The position numbers and the translations under genes were made by a program. The notes under the pieces were generated by a model that had not been told where the DNA came from, searched no databases, and saw nothing but the letters and a program-made list of their open reading frames with translations. Below, in pieces: positions 8,860-19,833 of a DNA stretch of 64,000 bases. The DNA comes from an uncultured delta proteobacterium. Its GTDB lineage: Bacteria; Desulfobacterota; Syntrophorhabdia; Syntrophorhabdales; WCHB1-27. The stretch lies in assembly GCA_963810935.1 (NCBI GenBank), contig CAWEPK010000003.1, positions 111,622 through 175,621 of the forward strand, in the 5' to 3' direction. Within the stretch, counting starts at the first letter, position 1. Every line of letters starts with the position of its first letter.

Positions 8860-10347
8860 CTATTCCCCATCATCTTTTAATGGCGACGGCCGCAGGAGCG
8901 GGAAGAGAATGACTTCCCTGATCGACTGGCTGTCCGTCAGAAGCATCGTAAGGCGGTCTATGCCGATGCCCTCGCCCGCAGTCGGAGGCAGCCCGTATTC
9001 GAGGGCCATGATGTAGTCCTCGTCCATGGCCGCGCCCTCTTCCTTCTGCTTTATCTGCTCTAAGAACCTTGCCTTCTGGTCTTCCGGGTCGTTAAGCTCG
9101 TTGAAGCCGTTCGCTATCTCCATGCCGCTGACGTAAAGCTCGAAGCGCTCGGTGACCTCCGGCCTTTCCTTGGACCGCTTGGCGAGCGGCGACACCTCGA
9201 CGGGGTAGCCCGTTATGAAAGTGGGCTGCACGAGCTTCTCCTCGCAGAGCTTCTCAAAGACCTCGGTTACGATCTTGCCCTTCGGCATATCCGCTGCGCC
9301 CTCTATGCCCAATTCCTGCCCCAGGGTCCGCAATTTCTCTGCGTCGGCGACTGAGGACGGATCGATGCCTCCGTAATCGACAAGGGCCTGCTCCATCGTG
9401 ACGCGCTTCCAGGGCCTGCCGAAATCGATGTTCTGCCCGTTGTAGACGACGCTCGTGCCGCCCGTAAGCGTCGAGACGAGGGATGAGACCATCTCTTCGG
9501 TCAGGTCCATCAGGTCCTCATATGTTGCATAGGCCTGGTAAAATTCGAGCATCGTGAATTCCGGGTTGTGCCTTACGGAGATACCCTCGTTCCTGAAGTT
9601 CCGGTTGATCTCGAAGACCCGCTCCAACCCTCCCACGATGAGCCTCTTTAAGTAAAGCTCGGGGGCAACCCTCAGGTAAAGGTCGAGACCGAGGGCGTTG
9701 TGGTGGGTTTTGAAGGGCTTCGCCGTCGCGCCGCCGGGCGTTACCTGCATCATCGGCGTCTCGACCTCGACGAAGGAGCGGCCTGTCAGGAAGGCCCGTA
9801 TCAATTCAATGATCCGCGCCCGCCGCAGGAAGATCTCCCGCACGTTCTGATTGACGATAAGGTCTACGTAGCGCCTGCGGTACCGCTCCTCGACGTCGCG
9901 CAGGCCGTGCCATTTCTCGGGCAGGGGGCGCAGCGATTTCGTAAGCAGGCTCATGGTTTCAGCTACAATGGTCAGCTCGCCGGTTTTCGTCCTGAAAACC
10001 TTTCCCTCTACGGCCACTATGTCGCCCACATCGAATTTCTTGAAAAGCTCGTAGTCGGGGGACTTGAGCATATCTTTCCGGACGTACGCCTGGAGGCGCC
10101 CTTCCCGGTCCTGTATGTGAATGAAGCAGCTTTTGCCGAAGTCCCTGAAGGCGATCATGCGCCCCGCGTACGAGACGTGCGCGTTCTTCTCTTCGATCTG
10201 CTCCGCCGAAAGGCCCTCGAATTCCTTATGGAGGGAACCACTGCGGGCATACTCGCCCCTTATCTGCGGGTACGGGTCTATCCCCGCCTGCCTGAGGTGT
10301 TCTTGCTTTTCTTTGCGGACGTTCAACAGCTCATTAATCGGCTCCAT
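8860..10347 (-). CDS. lysS: Lysine--tRNA ligase (class II)
   Basis: [47 protein letters not shown]. Confidence 0.97.
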   Translation of the reverse strand: MEPINELLNVRKEKQEHLRQAGIDPYPQIRGEYARSGSLHKEFEGLSAEQIEEKNAHVSYAGRMIAFRDFGKSCFIHIQDREGRLQAYVRKDMLKSPDYELFKKFDVGDIVAVEGKVFRTKTGELTIVAETMSLLTKSLRPLPEKWHGLRDVEERYRRRYVDLIVNQNVREIFLRRARIIELIRAFLTGRSFVEVETPMMQVTPGGATAKPFKTHHNALGLDLYLRVAPELYLKRLIVGGLERVFEINRNFRNEGISVRHNPEFTMLEFYQAYATYEDLMDLTEEMVSSLVSTLTGGTSVVYNGQNIDFGRPWKRVTMEQALVDYGGIDPSSVADAEKLRTLGQELGIEGAADMPKGKIVTEVFEKLCEEKLVQPTFITGYPVEVSPLAKRSKERPEVTERFELYVSGMEIANGFNELNDPEDQKARFLEQIKQKEEGAAMDEDYIMALEYGLPPTAGEGIGIDRLTMLLTDSQSIREVILFPLLRPSPLKDDGE

Positions 10348-11617
10348 CGGCCCCTCCGAACCTAACGACAACGTCGTAATCGGTCGTCGCGGTTACGACG
10401 CCCTTTTTGATTTCGCCTACAGTGCATGCGCCCTTTATGAATGCGATGCCGTCGATATCGGGCGCCTGCAGGATGAGCCGCCCGGTCATGGAGTCCGCCT
10501 CACGTGCCTCGACCACGACGTCCAGCGTCCGTCCTTTAAGTCTGCCCAGCCGCTTTTTCGATATCTCCTTCTGCATCTCCATGAGCGTCGCGTACCGGTC
10601 CTTCTTTACCCCTTTTCGCACGTGCCCTTTCAGGCGCGCGGCCGGCGTGCCTTCCTCGCGGGAATAGGTGAACGCCCCCAGGTTGTCGAATTCCCACTCC
10701 GAGGCGAATGCGCACAATGCCCGGAAGTCGTCGGGCCCTTCTCCCGGATATCCTACCATAACCGTCGTGCGAAGCACAGAATCGGGCATGAGGCGCCTGA
10801 TCTTTCCGAATATCAGCGCGAGGTCTTTCTTCGTATAGCCCCTGTTCATTGAGGCGAGGATCGCGTCCTCCGAGTGCTGTATCGGAACGTCCAGATACGG
10901 GACGATCCTTTCGTCGCCCGCGATGATGTCGAGGAGCGCGTCGTCGATGCCTTTCGGGTGGAGGTAGAGCAGCCTAAGGAAATAATTGCCTTTCACGCCG
11001 AGAAGACGCCTGAGGAGCGCCTTAGTGTCCGTGCCCGTGTCTTTGCCGTAGGCGGTCGTGTCCTGGCCGATAACGTTGAACTCCCTGTAGCCCGATTCCA
11101 GGAGGCGCTCGAACTCGGCCTCTATCTCGTCTGCCGGCCTGCTTTTGAGCGGCCCCCTGATCGATGGTATCGTGCAGTAGCTGCACCGGTTGTTGCAGCC
11201 GTCCTGTATCCTCAGGTATGTTGTCGGCGCGGGCGTGAGCACCTTCCTCACCGAAGGGTCACATGCGCTGCTGCCGACGCCGAAGAAGCCCTTCCCCGAA
11301 ACGATGCGTTCCGCGTCACCACAAGCGTCCCTGCCGAGGAAAAGATCGACTTCGGGGAGCAGCTCTTTAAGCTTCTCACCGTAGCGGTCTACAAGGCAGC
11401 CCGTCACCACGATTCTTTTCCCGTCTGTCCTTTTTGCCTCGGCCAGTATCGTCTCGATTGATTCGCTGCATGCCTCCGCGATGAAGGCGCACGTGTTGAC
11501 GACTACAAATGGGGCGTCTTCGGAAAGCTCGTGGCCCGCGGATTCGAGCTTGCCTGCGATGTATTCGGAATCGACGAGGTTCTTGGGGCAGCCCAGGCTT
11601 ACGATTCTATATTTCAT
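10334..11617 (-). CDS. rimO: Ribosomal protein S12 methylthiotransferase
   Basis: [30 protein letters not shown] radical-SAM motif, APDIDG. Confidence 0.95.
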   Translation of the reverse strand: MKYRIVSLGCPKNLVDSEYIAGKLESAGHELSEDAPFVVVNTCAFIAEACSESIETILAEAKRTDGKRIVVTGCLVDRYGEKLKELLPEVDLFLGRDACGDAERIVSGKGFFGVGSSACDPSVRKVLTPAPTTYLRIQDGCNNRCSYCTIPSIRGPLKSRPADEIEAEFERLLESGYREFNVIGQDTTAYGKDTGTDTKALLRRLLGVKGNYFLRLLYLHPKGIDDALLDIIAGDERIVPYLDVPIQHSEDAILASMNRGYTKKDLALIFGKIRRLMPDSVLRTTVMVGYPGEGPDDFRALCAFASEWEFDNLGAFTYSREEGTPAARLKGHVRKGVKKDRYATLMEMQKEISKKRLGRLKGRTLDVVVEAREADSMTGRLILQAPDIDGIAFIKGACTVGEIKKGVVTATTDYDVVVRFGGADGAD

Positions 11618-12386
11618 GGAGCAGGCACCCACTAGTGCATTCCGGTTTTCTCGACCCCGAGCAGTGCGAGCCGATCCCGACTACGTGGCAGAGGAAGAAA
11701 TCGTACCTGAGCGGGTCTTCGGGGCAGAATTTTTTCAGCTCTTCGGTGATGCGGCAGGCCGTCTTCCAGGACTGCGCGTTCCGGTCCGTCCATCCGAGGC
11801 AGCGGCCGATCTTGAAAATGTTCGCATCGAGGGGGATGGTGAGGTCGGCAGGGCGCATGAAATGCCAGAGCCCGAAATCGATATCGTCTTTTCGCACCAT
11901 CCAGCGGGCGTAAAGGCTCCACCGCTTGAAGGGGCTCGTCGGCGCATTGCGGGGGAAAAAGAAGAGCAGGTCGTGGGGGGACTCGATTATGTCATCGTGG
12001 GCCCTCCAGACTGCATGCCTCAAGTCGCCCTCATAGAAGTGCTCGACCATCGCCCCGATGCCGCCCCACCGCTCCACGACTTTTCTCAGCACTGTGAAAA
12101 GCCGTACGATCTCAGCGCCGCTCTGGTAACGGTAGCGCGCGTCACTGAGGCTCGAAAGGTTGCCCGACGCGATGAACGCGTAAGGGCTCGGGGCCATGCG
12201 CGGAAGGAACTCGCCGAGGAAACGCGTTATCTGCTGCACCCGGCCGTATGCGAACTGGGAGGCTATGAAGCCCACCATCTCGATGTCGCGCGGGTCTTCG
12301 TACTTATGCACGAAGGAAACAGGGTCGTTTGCTACGAGCGGCCTGATCCTATCTTTTTCTCTTTGATATATGCGCTCCAGATCGAT
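11607..12386 (-). CDS. TIGR02757/DUF2400 family protein
   Basis: DPVSFVHKY..PRDIE, AYGRV, KRWSLYARWMVRKDDIDFGLW, IPLD, DPLRYDF; family-like N-terminus extends to a possible ATC start at 12386 (GTG alternative 12311). Confidence 0.85.
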   Translation of the reverse strand: MDLERIYQREKDRIRPLVANDPVSFVHKYEDPRDIEMVGFIASQFAYGRVQQITRFLGEFLPRMAPSPYAFIASGNLSSLSDARYRYQSGAEIVRLFTVLRKVVERWGGIGAMVEHFYEGDLRHAVWRAHDDIIESPHDLLFFFPRNAPTSPFKRWSLYARWMVRKDDIDFGLWHFMRPADLTIPLDANIFKIGRCLGWTDRNAQSWKTACRITEELKKFCPEDPLRYDFFLCHVVGIGSHCSGSRKPECTSGCLLHEI

Positions 12387-12429
12387 AACGGTTCCTTTCT
12401 CGCTCTTTTAGTATTGTTTTTCGAAAAAG

Positions 12430-12975
12430 CTATTTGGAGGCGTTTTCAGCCCTGTCTTTCCATTCCCGCAGACGCCTGTCGAGAGAGCGGCCCGTCTCCC
12501 GCACGGCCTCCTTCCACTCGTCCCACTCTTCGATGTTGGGCTCTACGCTGCCTCCCTTTATGCCCATGTCGGAAAGGCGGCCGATAACGGCCTTCCTGAC
12601 GTTGGCCGCGCTTGCGGCAAGCTCCGCGCGGAATACGTCGCCGAGCGCCCTCGCGTCCCGGCCGAGCGTGCCGCCCGCCTGGTCGCCCACGATCTGCATC
12701 AGCTCGAAGAGCCTCTCTTTGTCTGCGGACGAACCGAACTCCTCTATGAGCAAGTCGAGGAGAACGCCTATTTTGTCACGCCGCCCTCCTTGCACGCGCC
12801 CATATTCAGCAAGGAATTCCTCGGGCCCGATGATCCCCTCCAGGAACCTGCGGCCGACCGCCTTGAGCCTTTCGGTAACGCCCCTGCGGGCGAACTCACG
12901 CTTTTCTTCCTCGCCCATTACTAGGTTTTTGGTCCGTTCCATGGCGAGCTCTATAGCGCTTTTTATTTCAGCCAT
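12430..12975 (-). CDS. Conserved hypothetical protein (MAEIKSAIELAMERT N-terminus, DUF6657-like)
   Basis: Operonic position; helical, charged sequence. Confidence 0.75.
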   Translation of the reverse strand: MAEIKSAIELAMERTKNLVMGEEEKREFARRGVTERLKAVGRRFLEGIIGPEEFLAEYGRVQGGRRDKIGVLLDLLIEEFGSSADKERLFELMQIVGDQAGGTLGRDARALGDVFRAELAASAANVRKAVIGRLSDMGIKGGSVEPNIEEWDEWKEAVRETGRSLDRRLREWKDRAENASK

Positions 12976-12984
12976 ATAAAAACC

Positions 12985-13383
12985 TTATTCCGATTCGATG
13001 TCCGGCCGAAAGGCGTCGTTCGTTGCGTAGACCTGAGGACTATATTCTACAACAGATGCTTCTTCTACGCTATAGAAGACATGCCAGCAGCGGGGGCTCA
13101 CGCGCAGCTTGTCGCCCTTGGCGAGCACTGCTTCCAACCGCTCGCCCGTATCCATATCGATAAAGACCGCCCTTATTCTGCCGGCCACAACGTAGAACGT
13201 CTCGTCTTTTTTCTCGTGATAATGCCTGCCCCTCCAGAAACCTTGCCTGATCGTGAAAAAGGCTATGTGGCGGGCCTCCTCCGCGTAGCAGATCTGGGCG
13301 AACTCGCCCTTCTCCTCTGCCCATCGCTTGGCGCGCTCGCCCTCGTTCGTCTCCGGGAGCTTTTCCAGAAAGACCTTGTCCAT
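12985..13383 (-). CDS. Cupin-domain protein
   Basis: RGRHYHEKKDETFYVVAG...GDKLRVSPRCWH cupin motifs. Confidence 0.85.
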   Translation of the reverse strand: MDKVFLEKLPETNEGERAKRWAEEKGEFAQICYAEEARHIAFFTIRQGFWRGRHYHEKKDETFYVVAGRIRAVFIDMDTGERLEAVLAKGDKLRVSPRCWHVFYSVEEASVVEYSPQVYATNDAFRPDIESE

Positions 13384-13385
13384 CG

Positions 13386-13874
13386 CTACCTTGCGCAGTC
13401 GGTGGGATCGCCCTTCACTTTTTCGAGGGCGTGGGGTATGGCCGCCTCTATAAAAGAGAGGCATTCGGATGCCGCTTTCGGGCTGCCCGGCAGGTTGATA
13501 ATGATCGACTGCCCCCTGACGCCGCAGACAGCGCGCGATATCAGGGCGAAGGGCGTGATCGCGAAGCTCTTCATGCGCATCGCCTCCGCGAACCCCGGCA
13601 GCTCCTTATCGATGACCAAGCGCGTCGCCTCAGGGGTAACGTCCCTCGGGCCTACGCCCGTGCCGCCTGTCGTTACGACGAGGTCGAAGCCGTGCCTGTC
13701 GATCTGGTCCTTTATGGTCTGTGAGATCACGGGGGCCTCGTCTGGCACTATTATAACGTCAGCCACGTCGTACGTCTTTGCAAGCATCTGCTTAAGGCCT
13801 GGGCCGCTCGTATCAACCCTCTGGCCAACCGAGCCCTTGTCGCTGATCGTTATGACAACCGCCCTGTACTTCAT
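13386..13874 (-). CDS. mogA: Molybdopterin adenylyltransferase, MogA/MoaB family
   Basis: TISDKG, DTSGP, TTGGTGVGPRDVTPEAT, SRAVCG, NLPGSPKA. Confidence 0.92.
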   Translation of the reverse strand: MKYRAVVITISDKGSVGQRVDTSGPGLKQMLAKTYDVADVIIVPDEAPVISQTIKDQIDRHGFDLVVTTGGTGVGPRDVTPEATRLVIDKELPGFAEAMRMKSFAITPFALISRAVCGVRGQSIIINLPGSPKAASECLSFIEAAIPHALEKVKGDPTDCAR

Positions 13875-14308
13875 TGAAGGACCTCTATCTCGTCCCCGAC
13901 GCGGATTTCGCCGCCTTCGAGGACCTCCGTGAATATCCCTTCCGTCGGCATGACGCAGTCGCCCACCTGTTGGAAAATGGCGCACCGCGCATGGCACTCC
14001 TTGCCTATCTGCGTCACCCGCATGAGCACCCTGCCACCCACGAGGAGCTTCGTCCCGATGGGCAGGACGGGGAGGTCAATGCCTTCTGTCGTAAGGTTCT
14101 CCGCGAAATCGCCCGGCTTCACGTCGAGCCCCATCTTTTTTATCTTATCTATGCTTTCGGCTGCGAGGAGGCTGACCTGCCTGTGCCAGGGGCCCGCATG
14201 GGCGTCCTCTTCGAGGCCGTGCCCTTCGCGCAGCGTGCATTGTCCGATATTGTGCTTCTTTTCGCCTTTCTCGTCGCTGACGTTTACCGAGATTACTTTT
14301 GCTTTCAT
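13871..14308 (-). CDS. MOSC-domain protein
   Basis: DAHAGPWHRQVSLL, PGDFAENLT, TQIGKECH..CAIF...CVMP. Confidence 0.92.
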   Translation of the reverse strand: MKAKVISVNVSDEKGEKKHNIGQCTLREGHGLEEDAHAGPWHRQVSLLAAESIDKIKKMGLDVKPGDFAENLTTEGIDLPVLPIGTKLLVGGRVLMRVTQIGKECHARCAIFQQVGDCVMPTEGIFTEVLEGGEIRVGDEIEVLQ

Positions 14309-14349
14309 CTCACCCTTTGATATGAACACCCTGCTGTTTGCGGCGCATC

Positions 14350-14418
14350 CGTCATACCGGCGAAAGCCGGTATCCAGAGAAGTGCCGAACTGGATGCCGG
14401 ATCAAGTCCGGCATGACG
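14350..14418. repeat. REP/RPE-like palindromic element
   Basis: cgtcataccggcgaaagccggtatcca...tggatgccggatcaagtccggcatgacg: paired hairpins closed by CGTCAT/ATGACG; related copy at 62318. Confidence 0.8.
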
Positions 14419-14450
14419 AAGGGCAGTAATACCCTGCTCCTGCAGCAAGG

Positions 14451-14930
14451 TCATTTATTCTTCCTTTTGAAGATCCCGCTCTTGCCCCCGCTTTTTTCGA
14501 GCAGGTAGAACGGCCCGAGCTCTATCGATTTATCGATGGCCTTGCACATGTCGTATACCGTAAGGGCGGTCACCATCACTGCCGCTATCGCCTCCATCTC
14601 AACGCCTGTCTGCCCCTGCACCCGGACGGTGGAGGTAATCTCTACGACGGGCTCGCCGGCCATGAACGTATATTCGATATCGACGAACGTGATGGGAAGC
14701 GGGTGGCACAGGGGGACGAGCTCGGATGTCTTCTTGGCGGCCATGATGCCCGCGACCTTCGCTACGGTAAAGACGTCGCCTTTCGGCCCCTGCCCCTTGC
14801 GCACGATGTCGTACGCCTCTTCCGACATCCGCACCCGGCCGAAGGCCCGCGCCTCGCGTGCAGTCTCGGTTTTTCCTCCGACATCGACCATCCGCGCCTT
14901 TCCACTTTTATCTACATGGCTTAGCTTCAA
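14451..14930 (-). CDS. moaC: Cyclic pyranopterin monophosphate synthase
   Basis: LSHVD...MVDV, AGIMAAKKT..LVPLCHP, TGVEMEA, YDMCKA, EKSGGKSG. Confidence 0.96.
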   Translation of the reverse strand: MKLSHVDKSGKARMVDVGGKTETAREARAFGRVRMSEEAYDIVRKGQGPKGDVFTVAKVAGIMAAKKTSELVPLCHPLPITFVDIEYTFMAGEPVVEITSTVRVQGQTGVEMEAIAAVMVTALTVYDMCKAIDKSIELGPFYLLEKSGGKSGIFKRKNK

Positions 14931-15905
14931 TTATCCTCCGATACCGCGCATGCTCCTCTGGCACTTCCTTACGGAGCCTTCTTCGACTTTCCTCTCCGGC
15001 TTTGCCTTCACCGTCCCTACCACGAAGTCGGCCAGCTCCTCGTCGCTCGCGCCCCTGCGCAAGAGCGCCTTCACGTCGTATTCGACGTTCGAGAAGAGGC
15101 AGGGCCTGATCTTGCCGTCGGACGTAAGCCTTATCCTGTTGCACTCGTGGCAGATGTGCGTTGACATGGGGCTGATGAAGCCCACCTGGCCCGACCCGCC
15201 GTCGAGGTAGAACATTCTTGCCGGCCCCCTGCCGGGGCCGCCTGCGGGATGCAGGTCATAGACCCGGCGGATCATCTCTTCGAGCCGGGCGGAAGTCAGG
15301 ATGCGCGAGCGGTCCCATAGGCTTTCCCGGCCGAAAGGCATAAACTCGATGAACCTAACCTGCACCGAGCGCTCCCTGGCGAAATCGGCAAAATCGATCG
15401 CCTCGTCATCGTTGAAGCCCTTTATCATGACTGTATTAATCTTAACCGGGTCAAGCCCTGCCGACGAGGCTTTCTCTATGCTCTTCATAACCTTGTCGAA
15501 TGCGTCAACCCCCGTGATATAGGCGAAGCGCTCGGGCTTGAGCGAGTCGAGGCTGATATTGACCCGCCGCAGCCCGCAGGCGCGCAGCTCGTCCACTGCG
15601 TCCGCCAGCTCTACGCCGTTCGTCGTCAGGCTTATGTCCTCTATGAGGCCCAGGGAGTCGATCTCTTTTATAAGGAAGGCAAGCCCCCTTCGCTGTAAGG
15701 GCTCTCCGCCGGTAAGCCTCACTTTGCGTACGCCCAATGAGGCGGCGACGCGCACGAACCTGAGGATTTCCTCGTATCTCAGGATCTCGTCGTGGGGAAT
15801 GAAAGGGACGATGCTCTCCGTGCAGTACCTGCATCGGAGGTTGCACCTGTCCGTGATCGACACCCTCAGGTAGTTGATGACACGGTTGAAATTATCCTTG
15901 AGCAT
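14931..15905 (-). CDS. moaA: GTP 3',8-cyclase
   Basis: YLRVSITDRCNLRCRYC, LTGGEP, CHECNRIRLT...PCL, C-terminal IGG. Confidence 0.96.
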   Translation of the reverse strand: MLKDNFNRVINYLRVSITDRCNLRCRYCTESIVPFIPHDEILRYEEILRFVRVAASLGVRKVRLTGGEPLQRRGLAFLIKEIDSLGLIEDISLTTNGVELADAVDELRACGLRRVNISLDSLKPERFAYITGVDAFDKVMKSIEKASSAGLDPVKINTVMIKGFNDDEAIDFADFARERSVQVRFIEFMPFGRESLWDRSRILTSARLEEMIRRVYDLHPAGGPGRGPARMFYLDGGSGQVGFISPMSTHICHECNRIRLTSDGKIRPCLFSNVEYDVKALLRRGASDEELADFVVGTVKAKPERKVEEGSVRKCQRSMRGIGG

Positions 15906-17802
15906 ACTTGACCTTACCGCTCTCTTCCGTATTGTAGCCGCCCAGCGCCCCGAGTCTCGACGCAAACTCCGGCGAGGCGATGAGCTCGATCAGTATATCG
16001 AACTTCGGGTCCGCCCTGAAATCTTCAGTCACCAGCAGGTCGTATTCCTCTTCCATGATGGGGATGAAATCGAGACCGAACGTGCGGGAGACGGCATGGA
16101 TTGCGAGGCTGGTGTCTGCGATCCCCTCTTTGACTAGGATGGCGGCCGCCGTATGGGTCGCCTCCTCCCGGTCGTACCCGTGGATCGATCTCGGGTCGAT
16201 CCCTTTTTCCTTAAGCATCATGTCGAGCAGTATCCGCGTGCCCGACCCTGACTGCCGGTTGACGAACCTTACATCGCTTCGGTTCAGGTCAGCTACGCCC
16301 GTTATGGCCTTCGGGTTCCCCTTTGCGATGAGAAGCCCCTGCATCCTTCTGGCTACGTGGATGAGGGCAACGGGCCTGCCCGGCAGATACTTCTTTATTG
16401 CAGGTATATTATATACCTTTTCCTGCTCATCGAGTATATGGGTGGTGACCAGGTCCGTCACCCCCTTCTGCATGGCCATGATCCCGCTCAGGCTGCCCAC
16501 GTGCGCGGATACGAGGTCGAGGGCGGGGAAGCGGGTCTTTATCATGTCCCGGAGCACGTCGAGCGAGAGGTCGTGGCTCCCCACGATGTTGATCCTGCGT
16601 CCGAGCTCGTCTTCCGGCCGCAGCAGCTCCGCCCGGACGGTTGCGCCCGCGTTGTAACCTTCCACGTTCTCCGGTATCGTAACCAGCGCATCCGCGCGGG
16701 AAAGCGACGAAAAGACTCCCGCGCCGCGCGGCAGCACGTACGCGTAGTACCGGTTGTCCTTGGCTACGAGCCTTACCCTCAAAATCTCCTCTACGCCTAT
16801 GGCGGACGGCAGGTGGTACGGGGTGGTGCACTCGACGGACCATTGGGACGTGTATGCGCCGCACAGCTTCTCATAGACCGCGCCTAAAAACGTCTTGAAG
16901 CTCACTACTGCGGAGACCGGGTAACCCGGTATGCCGAAAACGGGTTTCCCGCCGATCAGGCCGAACATGGCGGCTTTACCCGGCATCATTGCCACGCCAT
17001 GGAAGACAAGGGTGCCGAACTCGCGGATCAGGGTCTCCGTAAAATCTTCAGTGCCTGCGCTCGAGCCCGCGTTTATGACGAGCACGTCGCTTCCTGGGAG
17101 GTTGGCGTTAAGGATGGCCCGGAGGTGCGCCTTGTCCTTCGCGATCTCCGTCTTCGTCACCTGGAAGCCCATCTCCTCGCCCAGCGCCGTGAGCGTATAG
17201 GAGTTGAAGTCGATCAGCTTGTGGGGCAGGAGTGCGCTTGCATCCTGCGAGTAGATATCGACCAGCTCGTTCCCGGTAGGGATGATAAGGAGCCTTGGCT
17301 TTGTCCTGACGGGCAGCTCTTTTATGCCCGCGGCGAGGAGAAGGCCGATGTCCAGGATGCCGAGCCTGTAATTCACGGGGAAGAGCATGTCGCCTTCGAT
17401 GATGTCTTCGCCGGTCAGCCTTACGTGCTGCCAGAGGGAGGCCGCCTTCCTTATAGTGATCTGCCCGCCTTTTTCCTCGACGTCTTCCACCATGACGACG
17501 GCGTTCGTGCCCTGCGGCATGGGGTCCCCGGTATTGACGAGCACCGCCGATTTGCCCAAATGCAGGCTTACCGGGGTCGTAAGGTCCGCGTCCAGCGTCT
17601 CCTCGAAGGAGACCGCATAGCCGTCCATGGCAGCGGAGGTAAACGGGGGGTTCGACCGGGCCGCTATCACGGGCTCCGATGTCACCCTGCCTGCGGCCGC
17701 AGGCGCCGGGACGTCTTCCTCTGCGGCCATAGGCTTTATTTCGGCCAGGACCCTGCGGAGCGCCTCTTTCTTATCGATGGTCGCGAGATATCTCTTAGCC
17801 AA
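15892..17802 (-). CDS. moeA: Molybdopterin biosynthesis MoeA fused to a PBP/LysR substrate-binding domain
   Basis: AAMDGYA, GSSAGTEDF, PGYPVS, then GSHD...GSLSG...NRQSGSGTR...THTAAA. Confidence 0.92.
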   Translation of the reverse strand: MAKRYLATIDKKEALRRVLAEIKPMAAEEDVPAPAAAGRVTSEPVIAARSNPPFTSAAMDGYAVSFEETLDADLTTPVSLHLGKSAVLVNTGDPMPQGTNAVVMVEDVEEKGGQITIRKAASLWQHVRLTGEDIIEGDMLFPVNYRLGILDIGLLLAAGIKELPVRTKPRLLIIPTGNELVDIYSQDASALLPHKLIDFNSYTLTALGEEMGFQVTKTEIAKDKAHLRAILNANLPGSDVLVINAGSSAGTEDFTETLIREFGTLVFHGVAMMPGKAAMFGLIGGKPVFGIPGYPVSAVVSFKTFLGAVYEKLCGAYTSQWSVECTTPYHLPSAIGVEEILRVRLVAKDNRYYAYVLPRGAGVFSSLSRADALVTIPENVEGYNAGATVRAELLRPEDELGRRINIVGSHDLSLDVLRDMIKTRFPALDLVSAHVGSLSGIMAMQKGVTDLVTTHILDEQEKVYNIPAIKKYLPGRPVALIHVARRMQGLLIAKGNPKAITGVADLNRSDVRFVNRQSGSGTRILLDMMLKEKGIDPRSIHGYDREEATHTAAAILVKEGIADTSLAIHAVSRTFGLDFIPIMEEEYDLLVTEDFRADPKFDILIELIASPEFASRLGALGGYNTEESGKVKYAQG

Positions 17803-19018
17803 AAGGGAGCACCTCTACCTCTTCGCCTACCTCAAGCCCTTCCTTCCCTTCGGGGATTACCACGTAGCCGTCCGCCATCGAAAGGGTCGATATAACGGCG
17901 GATTTCGCGAAGATCGGCTCTACCGTCACGCCGTCCGGCCCGGAAACCACGTTGACCCTCACGTATTCCTCTATGCCATAGGTTGACGGGACGTTGGTCG
18001 CGAGCCGCCCGGTGACGCTCCATCGCGGCCCTCGCGACTTTTCTCCTTTGAGCCGCGAAAGGAAGGGAAGCACGAAGCGGATGACGACCATGGCGCACGA
18101 GACGGGGTGGCCCGGAAGGCCGAAGACTGCTTTGTCCCATAACCGGGCGAAGATCGTCGGCTTACCCGGCCTTACGTTGAGACCGTGGAAGAGTATCGTG
18201 CCGCCCAATTGCTCGACTGCGGCAGTCATGAAATCCGCCTGCCCCTTCGAGCTGCCGCCGGACAGAAGGATGGCGTCGCACTCTTTCAGGGAAGAGAGCT
18301 TCTCCGCGAGAGCATCGACAGTATCTTTCGCGATACCGGCGAACCGCACCAGGCAGCCGCTCGATTGTATCAACCCGGATATCGTATGCGTATTTATGTC
18401 GCGCACCTGGCCCGGACCCGGCGCCTCATCAGCAGCCACGATCTCGTCTCCTGAAGAGATGAGGCCGCATTCCGGCTGCCTGAATACGGGAACGCACGTG
18501 ACCCCCAGGGCGGCCAGAAGACCCAAATCGAAGGGGGAGATTATGCGCCCCTTTTCGAGCACGGCCTGTCCCGCCTTTACGTCCTCCCCGGCGAAGCAGA
18601 CGTTCTCTCCTTTCCGGACTGTGCGGGTAATCTCCACACCGTCGCCTGCTGCCCTGGAATATTCGTCCATGACTACGCCGTCCGAGCCCTCAGGAAGCAT
18701 GGCGCCTGTCGCCACATAGACCGCGTCGCCGTCGCCGACCCGGACGTCGGCCGCCCTGCCGACACCGACCTGCCCGATCATGCGGAAAAACGCGGGCGTG
18801 CCCTCCCGTGCGCCGTAGGTATCCTTGGCTTTTACAGCATAGCCGTCAACGAGGGACCTTCGAAAAGAAGGTATGTCCTCCCCGGCCGTTATATCCGAGG
18901 CGAGCACCCGGCAGACTGCGCGCTCGAAAGGCGCAACCTCGGCTTGCAGCGGGGCAACAGGAAAAGACGCGATAAGCCGTGCAGCTTCCGCTGCTGTAGT
19001 AGAAGTTAGAAATTCCAA
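17795..19018 (-). CDS. moeA: Gephyrin-like molybdotransferase MoeA
   Basis: SLVDGYAV, TGAMLPEGSD, SSGDE, SGGSSKG, RPGKPT, GLPGHPVS. Confidence 0.93.
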   Translation of the reverse strand: MEFLTSTTAAEAARLIASFPVAPLQAEVAPFERAVCRVLASDITAGEDIPSFRRSLVDGYAVKAKDTYGAREGTPAFFRMIGQVGVGRAADVRVGDGDAVYVATGAMLPEGSDGVVMDEYSRAAGDGVEITRTVRKGENVCFAGEDVKAGQAVLEKGRIISPFDLGLLAALGVTCVPVFRQPECGLISSGDEIVAADEAPGPGQVRDINTHTISGLIQSSGCLVRFAGIAKDTVDALAEKLSSLKECDAILLSGGSSKGQADFMTAAVEQLGGTILFHGLNVRPGKPTIFARLWDKAVFGLPGHPVSCAMVVIRFVLPFLSRLKGEKSRGPRWSVTGRLATNVPSTYGIEEYVRVNVVSGPDGVTVEPIFAKSAVISTLSMADGYVVIPEGKEGLEVGEEVEVLPFG

Positions 19019-19047
19019 GGGACAGGATCACCAATAATGGTGAAATA

Positions 19048-19833
19048 TTACAGCCGGGGCCGATTATTGTCAATGATTGGCGTGGGGCCGTGGTCCCCTG
19101 TAACATCGTAGAATAGACCCTTACGGATAGAGCCGACGAGAACGCGGCAGGCCCCCGTCTGCCGGAGGATGGAAACAGCAAGCCCCGGCACGGCCTCTTT
19201 GCTGCGGCAGGCGTCGTACTTGTTGAGGAAAACGACACAGCGGCCTGCGTCGATGCCCTTCATGAGCGCGTCTTTCTCGAAGAGCCGCTGGAAGACGGCA
19301 GGCGTGATCCGGGCCTCGCCGGAGACCCCGGCTGCCTCAATAAAAAGCTGCCACCTGAATACCTGCTCCGCGATTCGCGCACCCAAGGCGTCGAGCCCGG
19401 CAACGACGACGGTAAGGTCGGAGAAGGGGGGGATCACCGGCTCATATTCCGCCGGATACTTGAGGGGGAGCCTTTTTGCGCCGTCCGCCTCTACGAGGAC
19501 ATAATCGTACGTCCGGCCGAGACTTGCCACTTCATCGACGGTAAGGCCCGTGAGCTTTACCCCTTCGACGGACTTGCCGACCCTTGCGAACCGCCCGTCC
19601 GGCGCGCCGGCCGCCGTATTCTGGTCGTCGAAAAGGAGATAGGGTTTTTCCGCCTGTATTTTGGTTGTAGTAGTAAAGACTGCCCGCTTCCCGCTGCCTG
19701 CGGCAGCGCGTCCGAGGAATTCGCAGAGCGACGTTTTTCCGCCGCCCCCCACGAAGCTTATGAACTTACCGCAAAGAAGGAGCGGGAGGGGATCGATCCG
19801 CTCAAGGCTCGGCATGGGGAAGGTTTTTGACAC
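19048..19833 (-). CDS. yqeC: Selenium-dependent molybdenum cofactor biosynthesis protein, YqeC family
   Basis: SFVGGGGKTS, TTTTK, VEADGAKRLPLKYPAEYEPVIP; alternative start 19815. Confidence 0.85.
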   Translation of the reverse strand: MSKTFPMPSLERIDPLPLLLCGKFISFVGGGGKTSLCEFLGRAAAGSGKRAVFTTTTKIQAEKPYLLFDDQNTAAGAPDGRFARVGKSVEGVKLTGLTVDEVASLGRTYDYVLVEADGAKRLPLKYPAEYEPVIPPFSDLTVVVAGLDALGARIAEQVFRWQLFIEAAGVSGEARITPAVFQRLFEKDALMKGIDAGRCVVFLNKYDACRSKEAVPGLAVSILRQTGACRVLVGSIRKGLFYDVTGDHGPTPIIDNNRPRL

